From: a candidate division WOR-3 bacterium
GTDB lineage: Bacteria > Hydrothermota > Tepidihabitantia > Tepidihabitantales > Tepidihabitantaceae
DNA: 14,883 bases
NCBI GenBank assembly: GCA_039801225.1
Contig: JBDRUH010000037.1
Coordinates: 1 to 14,883, forward strand
Direction of reading: 5' to 3'
In this document: one piece after another, positions 1-9,409 of the stretch
Layout: every line of letters begins with the position of its first letter
How positions within the stretch are numbered: position 1 is the first letter of the stretch
Notes under the pieces: generated by a model
Told to the model about the DNA's origin: nothing
Seen by the model: only the letters and a program-made list of their open reading frames with translations
Databases searched by the model: none
Position numbers and translations under genes: made by a program

Positions 1-862
1 CCTTCCATTGATAACCGGGATAGATATAAAGGCTTGTCAATCCTCTTCCCGGCTGCACCTGCACTTTGCCATCACTCATTATCGCCTGCCCCTCCAAAAC
101 CCGCACCACCGTGGTACCCACGCACACCACCCGTCTTTTTTCCTCAAGTGCCCTATTGACAACCCTGGCAGTCTCTAAGGTCAATTCAAACTCCTCCGGA
201 TACATCTGGTGTTCCTCAACCCTTTCCGCCTTAACCGGTCGGAATGTCCCCAGCCCGGCATGCAAGGTAATAGAGGCAATTCGCACCCCTTTATCGGCAA
301 TTTTTTTCAGTAGTTCCGGAGTAAAGTGCAATCCGGCGGTAGGCGCTGCCACCGCCCCAGGAGAGCGGGCATAAACCGTCTGATATCTATCAGGTCTTTC
401 GCATTTCTGGCGAATATAGGGCGGTAGTGCAATCTCGCCCTTTGTCCATAAGAAATGGTCAATATCCCCGGGTTCAAAACGGACTATCCTTACCCCCTTC
501 TCCTGGCGGCTGAGAATCAACCCTTCAAATCGGTCAAATTTGACTCTTGTCCCTACCCTTGCCTTCCTTGCCGGACGCGTGAGTGTCTCCCAGACACCCG
601 GTTCTATCCGTCTTAATAGAAGAAACTCCATTTTACCACCGGTAGGCAACACCCCAAATAGCCTTGCCGGGATGACCTTCGTATCATTAACAACCAATAG
701 GTCGCCAGGGGAAAGCCAGTTACCTATTTCCGAGAAACGCGCCTCGTAAAACTCTTTGGATTTTCTGTCCACCACCAAAAGCCGGGATGCGTCACGCGGC
801 TCTATTGGTTCTTGAGCAATAAGTTCTTTAGGTAGATGGTAATCAAACTCGGCAACAAGCAT
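1..862 (-). CDS. queA: S-adenosylmethionine:tRNA ribosyltransferase-isomerase QueA (3' end outside window)
   Basis: Not in the ORF track. Manual translation from ATG at 862-860 gives MLVAEFDYHLPKELIAQEPIEPRDASRLLVVDR...GDLLVVNDTKVIPARL...LPPYIR...YQTVYA..PGAVAAPTAGLHFT...LHAGLGTFRPV...VCVGTTVVRVLE, all QueA hallmark motifs. The ATG directly abuts the purC TAG. Confidence 0.96.
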   Translation of the reverse strand, partial: MLVAEFDYHLPKELIAQEPIEPRDASRLLVVDRKSKEFYEARFSEIGNWLSPGDLLVVNDTKVIPARLFGVLPTGGKMEFLLLRRIEPGVWETLTRPARKARVGTRVKFDRFEGLILSRQEKGVRIVRFEPGDIDHFLWTKGEIALPPYIRQKCERPDRYQTVYARSPGAVAAPTAGLHFTPELLKKIADKGVRIASITLHAGLGTFRPVKAERVEEHQMYPEEFELTLETARVVNRALEEKRRVVCVGTTVVRVLEGQAIMSDGKVQVQPGRGLTSLYIYPGYQWK

Positions 863-1753
863 CTATTCAAGTTCTATTCCGGTGAAGAGCCTTAACGCCT
901 CACGATAACGAGCTGCGGTTCCAGCGATAATCTCCGGTGGTAAATGCGGCGCGGGTGGCTGACGGTTCCAGCCAGTCGCATTTAGGTAGTCCCGGACAAA
1001 CTGCTTATCAAAACTGGGTGGTGAAATTCCCACCTGGTAATCTTTTACCGACCAGAACCTTGAGGAATCCGGGGTCAATATCTCATCAATCAACACCAGT
1101 TCCTCTTCAATCAACCCGAATTCAAACTTGGTGTCGGCAATGATAATCCCTCTTTCTTGGCTGTATTCACTCGCCTTGGTGTACATCTCAATAGATATCC
1201 GGCGCACCTTTCGGGTAATCTTTTCACCTACCAACCGCACCATCTCCTCCTCGGTGATATTCTCATCATGCCCGGTCATCGCCTTGGTTGATGGTGTGAA
1301 TATCGGCTCCGGTAGCCTCTCCGCCTGTTTTAATCCCGGTGGCAATTTTATACCGCACACCGCACCGGTCTTTTGATACTCCTGCCAGCCACTGCCGGCA
1401 AGATAACCTCTCACCACACACTCCACCGGTAAAGGTCTTGCTTGACGGACAAGCATCGCCCGGTTCTGGAGTAAATCCCTGTAGGGGGTAAGTTCAAAAG
1501 GAAACTGTTCAACATTGGCGGTAATTAGGTGATTGGCAATAACCCTTCTAAACCTTTCAAACCAGAAGACCGAAAGGAGGTTCAATACCTTACCTTTATC
1601 CGGAATTCCATCCGGTAAAACAACATCAAAGGCGCTCAACCGGTCGGTGGCAATTATCAAAAGATGTTCGCCAACCTGATAAATGTCCCGCACCTTTCCA
1701 GAACCAACTTTCTTTATCCCCTTAAGCGCGGTTTGTAAAACCACCTCGCTCAT
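863..1753 (-). CDS. purC: Phosphoribosylaminoimidazole-succinocarboxamide (SAICAR) synthase
   Basis: Motifs GKVRDIY, ATDRLSAFDVV, PVECVVRGYLAGSGW, FTPSTKA..GHDENI, IIADTKFEFG, DEILTPDSSRFW, DKQFVRDYL. Confidence 0.98.
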   Translation of the reverse strand: MSEVVLQTALKGIKKVGSGKVRDIYQVGEHLLIIATDRLSAFDVVLPDGIPDKGKVLNLLSVFWFERFRRVIANHLITANVEQFPFELTPYRDLLQNRAMLVRQARPLPVECVVRGYLAGSGWQEYQKTGAVCGIKLPPGLKQAERLPEPIFTPSTKAMTGHDENITEEEMVRLVGEKITRKVRRISIEMYTKASEYSQERGIIIADTKFEFGLIEEELVLIDEILTPDSSRFWSVKDYQVGISPPSFDKQFVRDYLNATGWNRQPPAPHLPPEIIAGTAARYREALRLFTGIELE

Positions 1754-1755
1754 TA

Positions 1756-2400
1756 TTACTTCCTGTGTCCAATCGGCATAATATACAATGGAGCCAACTT
1801 CGTTCCAATTACCCGCTTCACCGCCTCATCACCAAATGCACCAATCATTACCGTGCCTAAATCCAAAGCCACACACTCTAAGGAAACATTTTGCCCGATG
1901 TGTCCGGCTTCCATATGGACATAACGCTCGCCCCGTTCACCATATCTGCCGGTTGTCCGGCGATACTCTGCACACAGAACCAAAACCGCCGGTGCCATCT
2001 GAATGCAGGTTTGACCCAGCGCCGCACCCGCCAGTTCAAGCCGCACATCGCCAGTTTTGATTAGTTTTAGCGCATGCTCTTCAATTAGATAATGATAAAC
2101 CCCGGACTCAAGACCAGTAACTTTGCCGGCGACAAGATAAACCTCCATCGGATAGGTAGCCCCGGCCGAAGGTGCGGTTCTGCCATAGGTCTTGCCGGTT
2201 TTGCCCTGAGCCGCCCATAGTAACTGGCTCACCTCCTGCAGGGTCAAAGGTTCACCTGAATAGGAACGAATTGACCTGCGCCTCAAAAGTGCCTGTTCCA
2301 CTGTAACTCTGCCAATAGTATCGGGCTTGGGCAGAATAACAATTGAATCCTTTGGACTCATTTGCCCTCCTGCGGTAATTAGTAATAACAACCAAACCAT
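1756..2400 (-). CDS. SagB/ThcOx-family flavin nitroreductase-like dehydrogenase
   Basis: RRRSIRSY, LSQLLWAAQG-like segment, RTAPSAGATYPMEVY, GVYHY, YGERGERYVHMEAGHIGQN, IGAFGD. Strong SD (AGGAGG) just upstream of the ATG at 2400. Short hydrophobic N-terminus. Confidence 0.9.
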   Translation of the reverse strand: MVWLLLLITAGGQMSPKDSIVILPKPDTIGRVTVEQALLRRRSIRSYSGEPLTLQEVSQLLWAAQGKTGKTYGRTAPSAGATYPMEVYLVAGKVTGLESGVYHYLIEEHALKLIKTGDVRLELAGAALGQTCIQMAPAVLVLCAEYRRTTGRYGERGERYVHMEAGHIGQNVSLECVALDLGTVMIGAFGDEAVKRVIGTKLAPLYIMPIGHRK

Positions 2401-2409
2401 AACCCCTCC

Positions 2410-2898
2410 TTATTTAGTCCCTTTACCTACCTCCCTTGCCTGCCTTTTTCTGAACCGCTCAAGTTTTTCTTTTAGTTCCTGATTACTCAACGCCAGAATC
2501 GCCACCGCCAAAAGTGCCGCATTAATCGCACCTGACCGGCCAATCGCCATCGTTGCCACCGGCACACCGGCAGGCATCTGCACCGTTGACAAAAGCGCAT
2601 CCAAACCACCCAAACCAGCATCCAAAGGAACGCCTATCACCGGCAAAGTGGTATAACTGGCGATAACACCAGCAAGATGCGCCGCCTTGCCCGCGCCGGC
2701 AATTATGACCTTTATCCCTTTTTTCGCTGCACTGCGGGCAAACTGCCGGCACTTCTCCGGGGTCCGGTGCGCCGAGAGGACAAAAGTCTCACCCTCAACC
2801 CCGAACTCCTCCAATACCCGCTTTGCCTCACTCATCACCTCAAGGTCCTTATCACTACCCATTAAAATTGCCACTACCGGTTTATTTCTGTTTGCCAT
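2410..2898 (-). CDS. purE: N5-CAIR mutase / AIR carboxylase PurE
   Basis: VAILMGSDKD, SAHRTP, IIAGAGKAAHLAGVIA, PVIGVP, DALLSTVQMPAGVPVAT, NAALLA. Confidence 0.97.
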   Translation of the reverse strand: MANRNKPVVAILMGSDKDLEVMSEAKRVLEEFGVEGETFVLSAHRTPEKCRQFARSAAKKGIKVIIAGAGKAAHLAGVIASYTTLPVIGVPLDAGLGGLDALLSTVQMPAGVPVATMAIGRSGAINAALLAVAILALSNQELKEKLERFRKRQAREVGKGTK

Positions 2899-2903
2899 AA
2901 CTA

Positions 2904-2953
2904 ATCATATTAACATCATCAATCCTTGTAAAGTCTGGTTACCGATTTATAAT
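2904..2953. promoter_or_regulatory. Putative overlapping divergent sigma70 promoters (purE / larA)
   Basis: Minus strand: TTTACA(2932-2927)-17 nt-TATGAT(2909-2904), 5 nt before the purE ATG. Plus strand: TTGTAA(2926-2931)-16 nt-TATAAT(2948-2953), 9 nt before the larA ATG. Confidence 0.6.
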
Positions 2954-2962
2954 TAATGAATA

Positions 2963-4201
2963 ATGCAGCTACCAATAACCTATGACAATAAAACCGAACT
3001 GGTCTCAGTTTCAGAAAAAAACCTCCTCGGCGTTCTTCAGCCCAACCGTTTCGCAACGCCATTTTGTGATATCACCTCGGAGATTGATAAGGCAGCACAA
3101 AAGGTAAAAAATTTTATCGCCGATTCCCAGCGCATCCTTATCCTCTTGAACGACTACACCCGACCAACACCCAATGAGACTATTCTCCAACCCCTTGAAG
3201 AGGAACTGAATAAAAAGGACACCAAATACCTCATCTGCCTTGGCACCCATCGCCCGGCAAAAGAATCAGAACTGAAAAAAATCGTAGGTGAGGAAATATT
3301 TGCGCCGCTAAAAGAGCGCATCATCCAGCACAACTCTTGGGAAAAATCCCATCTCTACTTCTTAGGAAAAACCCGTTTCGGCACCGATGTAGAACTGAAC
3401 CGCGAACTCCTCTGGGCAGAAAAGCTCATCACCATCAACTCCATTGAACCCCATTACTTTGCCGGCTATACCGGTGGCAGAAAATGCTTCATCCCTGGAA
3501 TTGCCTCTATCAAAACCATCACCCAGAACCACAACCTTTTGCTCCACCCTGCCTCCGCCCCATTCTCACTCAAAGAAAACCCGGTTCATCTTGATATGAC
3601 TGAGGCGGCAAGGATGATTCCCAAACCGGTCTTTTCCATCCAACTCGTTCAGGACTCAAAGCACAACCTCCTTTCAGTTCACTATGGTGATTTATTCACC
3701 TCATTTGAAAAAGCCTGCACCGATGCCTATAAGGTCTTTGCGGTGCCGATAAAAGAGAAGGCTGACATCATTTTAAGCGTTCTTCAGGCGCCCTATACCA
3801 TCAACTTCTACCAGTCCCAAAGGGCGGTTGAGTTTGCCGTCCCGGCATTAAAACCAGGTGGAATCCAGATTACCGTCTCTCCCTGTTATGACGGTGTTGG
3901 CAACGACGAGTTTGTCAGAGTTCTGCAGTCCTGTCCCAGCCCTGATGAACTTTTAAAAATGAAACCACCCGATATCCTGGGCTGGCATAAGGCAGCCCGC
4001 CTTGCCCGGATAATGCAGAAGGCGCAACTCTACACGGTGATGCCTGGGGTAAAAGATGACCTCATCAAAAGCGTCTTTATGCAGCCTTTTCCTTCAATTC
4101 AGGCTGCGCTTGACTCTGCCCTTGAAAAACTGGGCAAAAACGCCACCCTGTACATCATCCCTGACGCCGGTTCCCTCGTGCCGGTAGTGGACTCTTGTTG
4201 A
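2963..4201 (+). CDS. larA: Nickel pincer cofactor-dependent lactate racemase family protein (LarA homolog)
   Basis: DYTRPTP, LGTHRP, EPHYFAGYTGGRK, QNH, ENPVHLDM, NFYQ motifs. 412 aa, typical length for the family. Confidence 0.92.
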   Translation: MQLPITYDNKTELVSVSEKNLLGVLQPNRFATPFCDITSEIDKAAQKVKNFIADSQRILILLNDYTRPTPNETILQPLEEELNKKDTKYLICLGTHRPAKESELKKIVGEEIFAPLKERIIQHNSWEKSHLYFLGKTRFGTDVELNRELLWAEKLITINSIEPHYFAGYTGGRKCFIPGIASIKTITQNHNLLLHPASAPFSLKENPVHLDMTEAARMIPKPVFSIQLVQDSKHNLLSVHYGDLFTSFEKACTDAYKVFAVPIKEKADIILSVLQAPYTINFYQSQRAVEFAVPALKPGGIQITVSPCYDGVGNDEFVRVLQSCPSPDELLKMKPPDILGWHKAARLARIMQKAQLYTVMPGVKDDLIKSVFMQPFPSIQAALDSALEKLGKNATLYIIPDAGSLVPVVDSC

Positions 4202-4208
4202 AAGAGAT

Positions 4209-5447
4209 TTATTCATAACGGAGTGCCTGGATGGGGTCTAATCGGGCAGCGCGGGATGCAGGATAGATGCCAAAGAAGATGCCAACCGTAGCGGAGAAGC
4301 CGAACCCTAAGAGGATTATCCACAATGGCGCCGCGGCGTGGAGATGGAAGGCGAGTTCAACAACTTTGGCGATACTTAATCCAAGGATAACGCCGAAAAG
4401 ACCACCCATCAAAGCCAGAAATACCGATTCAAGGAGAAACTGATAGAGGATGTCTTTGGTGGTAGCACCAAGCGCCTTTCTTAAACCGATTTCCCGGGTG
4501 CGTTCCGCAACCGCCACCAGCATTATGTTCATAATGCCGATGCCCCCAACCAGAAGGGAAATTGCCGCCACCGCAATCATCACAATAAAGGCAACCCGGC
4601 TGATATTATGATAGATTTGTCTCAGAGTCTCTTGAGAATTGATACCGAAGTCATCCGGTTTATCATAGCCCAGTCCATGGCGGCGTCGCATCAGTTCCCG
4701 GACCTGGTCAATGATGCGTTCTAATGTTACCCCTTTTTTCGGCTCAATAAGAATGCTGAGGCTGTGGGCAAACTCGCCATAGCCCCTTTTCGGCGCGAAA
4801 CTCTTCTCAAAAGTTGATAGAGGAATAAAAAGGACATTGTCCATAGATTGACCAAGAAAACTCCCCTTCCGCACCAATGTGCCAATCACGGTAAAGGATT
4901 TGCCCTCAATAAGGAGTTGTTTACCCAGCGGGTCCTCGTCCGGAAATAGGTTGTCAATAATATATCCACCAATTACACACACCGCTTTTTTCCGCAGACT
5001 GTCGTCAGAGTTGATAAATCTACCAGTCTCAACCTGGTAGTTGGCAAGCGTGCCATAGGAGGGGGTAATACCCGCCATCTCAATGTTGGTTACCTTTCGG
5101 TTTCTATAGTTGAGTCTGCCTATCATCCGGCTGCGCATTGGTGCCACTTTTGCCACTACCGGTAATCGGGCAAGGGCAAGGGCGTCATCGTATGTTAAGT
5201 CTGGACGCCGGGTAATCTCATCCCAGTCAATACTGCCCATTCCCCAACTGACCTTCTGGAGATAGATGACATTAGAGCCGAGTGATGCTATCTGACGTTC
5301 CACCTCATAGTTCATTCCCTGAATTAAAGAAACAATAGAAATTACGGTCATCACCCCAATGATAATACCGAGAACGGTGAGGAAGGAACGAAGCCGATGA
5401 GCGTGAAATGTGCCGAGGGCAAGTTTGGCAAGTTCCCAGAAGGACAT
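4209..5447 (-). CDS. MacB/FtsX-family ABC transporter permease
   Basis: RLRSFLTVLGIIIGV, large periplasmic domain (GRFI, VCVIG), AAISLLVGGIGIMNIMLVAVAERTREIGLRKALGA, FFGIYPASRAARLDPIQALRYE. Confidence 0.95.
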   Translation of the reverse strand: MSFWELAKLALGTFHAHRLRSFLTVLGIIIGVMTVISIVSLIQGMNYEVERQIASLGSNVIYLQKVSWGMGSIDWDEITRRPDLTYDDALALARLPVVAKVAPMRSRMIGRLNYRNRKVTNIEMAGITPSYGTLANYQVETGRFINSDDSLRKKAVCVIGGYIIDNLFPDEDPLGKQLLIEGKSFTVIGTLVRKGSFLGQSMDNVLFIPLSTFEKSFAPKRGYGEFAHSLSILIEPKKGVTLERIIDQVRELMRRRHGLGYDKPDDFGINSQETLRQIYHNISRVAFIVMIAVAAISLLVGGIGIMNIMLVAVAERTREIGLRKALGATTKDILYQFLLESVFLALMGGLFGVILGLSIAKVVELAFHLHAAAPLWIILLGFGFSATVGIFFGIYPASRAARLDPIQALRYE

Positions 5448-5475
5448 CTTTACTCCTCAGGCTGGCTTTCAGCAG

Positions 5476-6144
5476 TTACTCATAAACAACTTTACCATCT
5501 TGAAGACGGATGAGCCGACGGGCATAACGGGCAACAGTTGGGTCATGGGTAACAAGAACTATGGTATTTCCCTCTCGAGCCAGACGGTCAAAGATGTTCA
5601 TAATTTCACCGCCAGTCTTGGAGTCAAGATTGCCCGTTGGCTCATCAGCAAGAAGGACGGTGGGTTTGTTGGCAAGCGCCCGAGCAATTGCCACCCGCTG
5701 CATTTCGCCACCAGAAAGTTCGCTGGGGCGATGATTGACCCGGTCGCCCAGACCCACCATATTTAAAAGTTCAACTGCCCGGTTGATACGTTCTCTACGA
5801 TTAACACCGGCGTAGAGCATCGGCAACTGGACATTCGCCAAAGCAGAGAGACGGGGAAGGAGGTTAAAATTCTGAAAGACAAACCCAAACTTTTGGTTTC
5901 GTAAACGGGCAAGTTCGGTATCATTGAGAAAGGCGGTATCCTGTCCGTTAAACCGGTATATTCCGCTCGTCGGTCGATCAAGACAGCCCAGGATGTGCAT
6001 CAGGGTTGATTTCCCTGAACCTGATGGTCCCATCAGTGCCACATATTCGCCCTCTTCAATCTCCAACGATACACCATCAAGCGCCCGAACTGAAGTCTTG
6101 CCCAGTGAGTAAATTTTTGTCAAATTTTCTACTTGGAGGAGCAA
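5476..6144 (-). CDS. ABC transporter ATP-binding protein (MacB/LolD type)
   Basis: Walker A GPSGSGKST, Q-loop FGFVFQNFNL, signature LSGGEMQRV, Walker B LLADEPTGNLD, H-loop VTHD. Confidence 0.96.
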   Translation of the reverse strand: MLLQVENLTKIYSLGKTSVRALDGVSLEIEEGEYVALMGPSGSGKSTLMHILGCLDRPTSGIYRFNGQDTAFLNDTELARLRNQKFGFVFQNFNLLPRLSALANVQLPMLYAGVNRRERINRAVELLNMVGLGDRVNHRPSELSGGEMQRVAIARALANKPTVLLADEPTGNLDSKTGGEIMNIFDRLAREGNTIVLVTHDPTVARYARRLIRLQDGKVVYE

Positions 6145-6158
6145 AGTTCTATTCTACT

Positions 6159-7280
6159 TTACCGAGTTTTTACCTCTACCTCTTCCTCTTTTGTCCGCTC
6201 GGGTTTAACCCGGGCACCATCGCTGAGTTTGGTAAGAACCTTATATGGACCGACAATGACCTCATCACCAAGATTGAGACCTTCAACAATTTCAACATCG
6301 GTATCGCTTGATTTGCCGGTGCGAACCGGGGTGAGAACCGCCTTACCACCCTTAACCACAAAGACCGTCTCGGTCTCTTTCCCCTTTACCTTTCGCCTTC
6401 CTACCGCCTGAATTGGCACAACGAGAACCGAATCCAATTGGGCGGTAGTGATTTTGGTGTGGACAGTCATACCGGGGCGCAGGGTTGGCGCTGCGCTATC
6501 CAGCATAACCTCTACCTGAAAATTGGTGGCGGTCTGTTCCGCAGTAAGCGTTTTCTGAACTGGCATATAACCAATTTTCGTCACCCTACCAGTAAAAGTA
6601 ATGTCCGGTAGGGCATCAACCGTAATAAATGCCGGTTGCCCATTTCTTAACCGTACGACATCGGTCTCATCAACCTCAACCAGTGCCTGCATCTCGGAAA
6701 GGTCGGCGATTACCATTAGAGTAGTGCCAGGGTAGTTCATTGTGCCAATAATCACCGTTTCGCCCTCTTTGATATTCACCTGAGTAACCATTCCCGATAT
6801 TGGTGAACAGATGACCGTTTTATCAAACTGGTCCTGTGCCTGAAGAAACTGGGCTTGGGCGATTTCGTAGGCGGACTTTGATGCTTCAAACTGCTCAGCG
6901 GCGATTAGACTTTTTTGATAAAGGGTTTCGTTGCGGGCGTGTTTGAGTTGCGCCTGATTAAACTGCGCCCGGGCAAGGAGCAGTTGTGCCTCATAACTCT
7001 CTCGGTCAAGTTCCAAAAGGGTGTCGCCCCGGCGAACCCTGTCGCCCTCCTTTACCCTTAACCTTTTCACCACCCCCATCACCTGCGCTTGCAAATTTAC
7101 CTGATTTTTTGCCCGTAAGGTGCCGGAAGCGGAAACCTGAGAGAGAATTGAACCATATCGCACCTCTTGCGTCTCGCACTTTATCCCGCCAGACTGGGGA
7201 CGGCGATTAAGAAAGATAAACAGAGAAAAAAGGGCAATTACGCCGAAAATAATTAAAAAATTTCTAACCGGTTTCTTCAA
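6159..7280 (-). CDS. MacA-like periplasmic adaptor (membrane fusion) subunit
   Basis: N-terminal TM anchor, lipoyl halves (VKEGDRVRRGDTL; SPISGMVTQVNIKEGE), helical hairpin, VDETDV, LRPGMTV, VPIQAV, VEIVEGL..GDEV. SD AAGGAG before the TTG start. Confidence 0.93.
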   Translation of the reverse strand: MKKPVRNFLIIFGVIALFSLFIFLNRRPQSGGIKCETQEVRYGSILSQVSASGTLRAKNQVNLQAQVMGVVKRLRVKEGDRVRRGDTLLELDRESYEAQLLLARAQFNQAQLKHARNETLYQKSLIAAEQFEASKSAYEIAQAQFLQAQDQFDKTVICSPISGMVTQVNIKEGETVIIGTMNYPGTTLMVIADLSEMQALVEVDETDVVRLRNGQPAFITVDALPDITFTGRVTKIGYMPVQKTLTAEQTATNFQVEVMLDSAAPTLRPGMTVHTKITTAQLDSVLVVPIQAVGRRKVKGKETETVFVVKGGKAVLTPVRTGKSSDTDVEIVEGLNLGDEVIVGPYKVLTKLSDGARVKPERTKEEEVEVKTR

Positions 7281-7365
7281 AATGTCTCCTTACATTTTCA
7301 ACTTAATCATCTCGGTTTAGTGTTTAATACCTTCCCCTTCTCTTCAATAATATGACTTGCCACCG

Positions 7366-8895
7366 TTAACTTATACCTTGCTTTTTCCTCTGGTCAAGGA
7401 AAAAGCCCGAATCGGGGCGGATAATAGTACCCACGAAAGCAAGCATCAAAGGGTCAAAGACAAAACGAAAACGGTTGTTTTCACCCACTTCGGTCAATGT
7501 CCCAACCAGCAAGCCATAGAGAAGAGTCATCCAGATAAAGATTAAGGTCTGTGAGACGAAATTGGCGTGGTGGGAACGCAATAATAGGATGCCGGCGATA
7601 AAGGCACCGCCATAGCCGATGATAATAAAGAGCCCAGTGTGAGCCATAACAAGGAGATAGTGTAAAACTGGTTTGGTCACACGGAACTTAGGGTTGATGT
7701 AGCGGTTGAATTGCCCAGCGAAAATGGTGTTGAAAACCCGAGCAAAGGTCTCAATTTTTGTCCGGTTTTTACCAAAATAAAGGTAGTCGTCTGCTGGGGT
7801 AAAGAATATCAAAACCGCTCTGATAATACCGCGGAAGTAGGCGTTAGGCTTAAGAGTAATGACCCGAAAGGCATCCTTTGCCCGCTCACGGAAAATATAA
7901 ATGTAGGCGATGTTATTGAGATTGGGAAATCCACTTGCTTTTCGTTTCTGGTCAAGAACTGGAATTCCGGTCAGAGGAACTGGCTTAAGGTAAGGCTGAT
8001 ATTGGTCTAAATCACCAAATGCTGTGAGGGTAGAAAACACCGAAATAATACCGTTAGTATTAAGCTGCTTTCGTTCCTCTAAAGAGAGCATACAGGTTGT
8101 TATCCGGGAGAAGTTCATGCCGAACCAGGTGCTGGCGGTAAACTCGCCAAAAAGTATGGCATTTTTTACATACCAGCCGAGAACAAGGATAAAGGGTATA
8201 GTAAAACCTAACACGATTCTTTTCCACTCTTGTGGTCGCAAAGTAAGAAGTATAGCAACGCCGGCTACTAGCCAGAGAAGGTGAAAGAAACTCCACATTA
8301 GCGCAACAATCCCCAGAGAAAAGAAAAGGAGCAGCGAATAAACAAGCCGGGGGCTCTTGAAGAATTTTAGACAAATTAAGGCGGAGAAGGTGAGCGCGGT
8401 GCATACCGGATAGCTGTAGAAGAGCCAGTTCTCATAAAGGATAGCGCCCGGACTTATTATAAAAAGGGCAGGGAAAATAACTGTTAGAGGCGTAACCACA
8501 CCAAGATTTTTTAGAAGTAGGTAGAAACTGAGCATAAGTGTGAGACCTAATAGGAGATAGCAGAACCAAAAGATGTTTGTCTCATAGTTAGGAAACAAAT
8601 GGAGAACAATCCCTAAAAACAGATTCATTATCGGCGGCTGACTGTGGAGATAAAATATACTCCTGCCAAAATCACTTATAAGAAGTTGCCGGTCAATATA
8701 GTGTGGCGACCAGAGAAGAAGGCTGTCATCAAATCGCACCCCAAGAAGAAAGTAAACGATGCGCGACCCAATAAAAATTAGCAAAAGGACAATAAGGGCA
8801 CTGTTCTGTCTCACGACACTTTTCCATTCAGCAAAATGCACCTTTTTCTCCAAATAATCTGCGATTGGAAATCGCCGAGAATAAATTTTATTCAA
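7366..8895 (-). CDS. Polytopic membrane protein, probable GT-C fold (ArnT/PMT-like) glycosyltransferase
   Basis: About 11-13 hydrophobic segments, HSQPP after TM1, a large extracytoplasmic loop, and C-terminal ENNRFRF. An alternative start, GTG at 8841, has SD GGAG 6 nt upstream. Function is inferred from topology only. Confidence 0.6.
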   Translation of the reverse strand: MNKIYSRRFPIADYLEKKVHFAEWKSVVRQNSALIVLLLIFIGSRIVYFLLGVRFDDSLLLWSPHYIDRQLLISDFGRSIFYLHSQPPIMNLFLGIVLHLFPNYETNIFWFCYLLLGLTLMLSFYLLLKNLGVVTPLTVIFPALFIISPGAILYENWLFYSYPVCTALTFSALICLKFFKSPRLVYSLLLFFSLGIVALMWSFFHLLWLVAGVAILLTLRPQEWKRIVLGFTIPFILVLGWYVKNAILFGEFTASTWFGMNFSRITTCMLSLEERKQLNTNGIISVFSTLTAFGDLDQYQPYLKPVPLTGIPVLDQKRKASGFPNLNNIAYIYIFRERAKDAFRVITLKPNAYFRGIIRAVLIFFTPADDYLYFGKNRTKIETFARVFNTIFAGQFNRYINPKFRVTKPVLHYLLVMAHTGLFIIIGYGGAFIAGILLLRSHHANFVSQTLIFIWMTLLYGLLVGTLTEVGENNRFRFVFDPLMLAFVGTIIRPDSGFFLDQRKKQGIS

Positions 8896-9409
8896 TCACT
8901 AAGGATTTTAATGAAAGGCGGAAAAGTGACTCCTGAGTGGCAAAGGAGTCGGCGAGAGTTAGAAAAGAAACGACGATTACCTTATCACCTTTCCGGATGT
9001 ATTGATACACTCCCTGTACCGGAACACGATTTTCACCTAACCCGGAACTTATTATCTCAAAACCCTCGTAACCACAAATCTGCATCGGCACCTGAGTAAC
9101 TGTCAAACCGTGAAGGGTGGGGGTGGTGCTAACGAACTCTTTTAATGAGGAGAATGGCGCCAAGTCCATCACCCAGACCCGACCAAAGGGGTAGGAACTT
9201 TTCTCTGAAGGAAAACAGTGGTCACCAGTAGGAGATACTCGGTACTTTTTGCCGGGGTGAATAGAGGGAATGCCCAATTGCCAGCCCGCAGGTATTTTCA
9301 TCTTTAACCCTATCTCTTTAACGACAATCTCGTTCTTAATTTCCTTTTTGCCACAGCCAGTGAGCAGGACCGCCAATATCGCTAAAAATAAGAAAAGGGG
9401 GGAGCCCAT
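8888..9409 (-). CDS. Hypothetical lipoprotein, possibly PsbP/DcrB-like fold
   Basis: Lipobox LLTG-C. MKIPAGWQ and C-terminal 'F..SLKSLVIE' resemble PsbP/Mog1-like domains. The ATG directly follows the nucleotidyltransferase TAA. Confidence 0.7.
   Translation of the reverse strand: MGSPLFLFLAILAVLLTGCGKKEIKNEIVVKEIGLKMKIPAGWQLGIPSIHPGKKYRVSPTGDHCFPSEKSSYPFGRVWVMDLAPFSSLKEFVSTTPTLHGLTVTQVPMQICGYEGFEIISSGLGENRVPVQGVYQYIRKGDKVIVVSFLTLADSFATQESLFRLSLKSLVIE

Noticed and set aside
1756..2400. SagB-like gene as evidence of an azole RiPP cluster exported by the MacAB-like transporter
   Set aside because: No YcaO, E1-like protein or precursor peptide is present. Stand-alone SagB-type nitroreductases are common.
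2410..2898. PurE-like gene beside larA could be larB (a PurE homolog)
   Set aside because: It has canonical PurE motifs (GSxxD, SAHRTP, QMPxGVPV), is only 162 aa with no LarB N-terminal domain, and is in an operon with purC.
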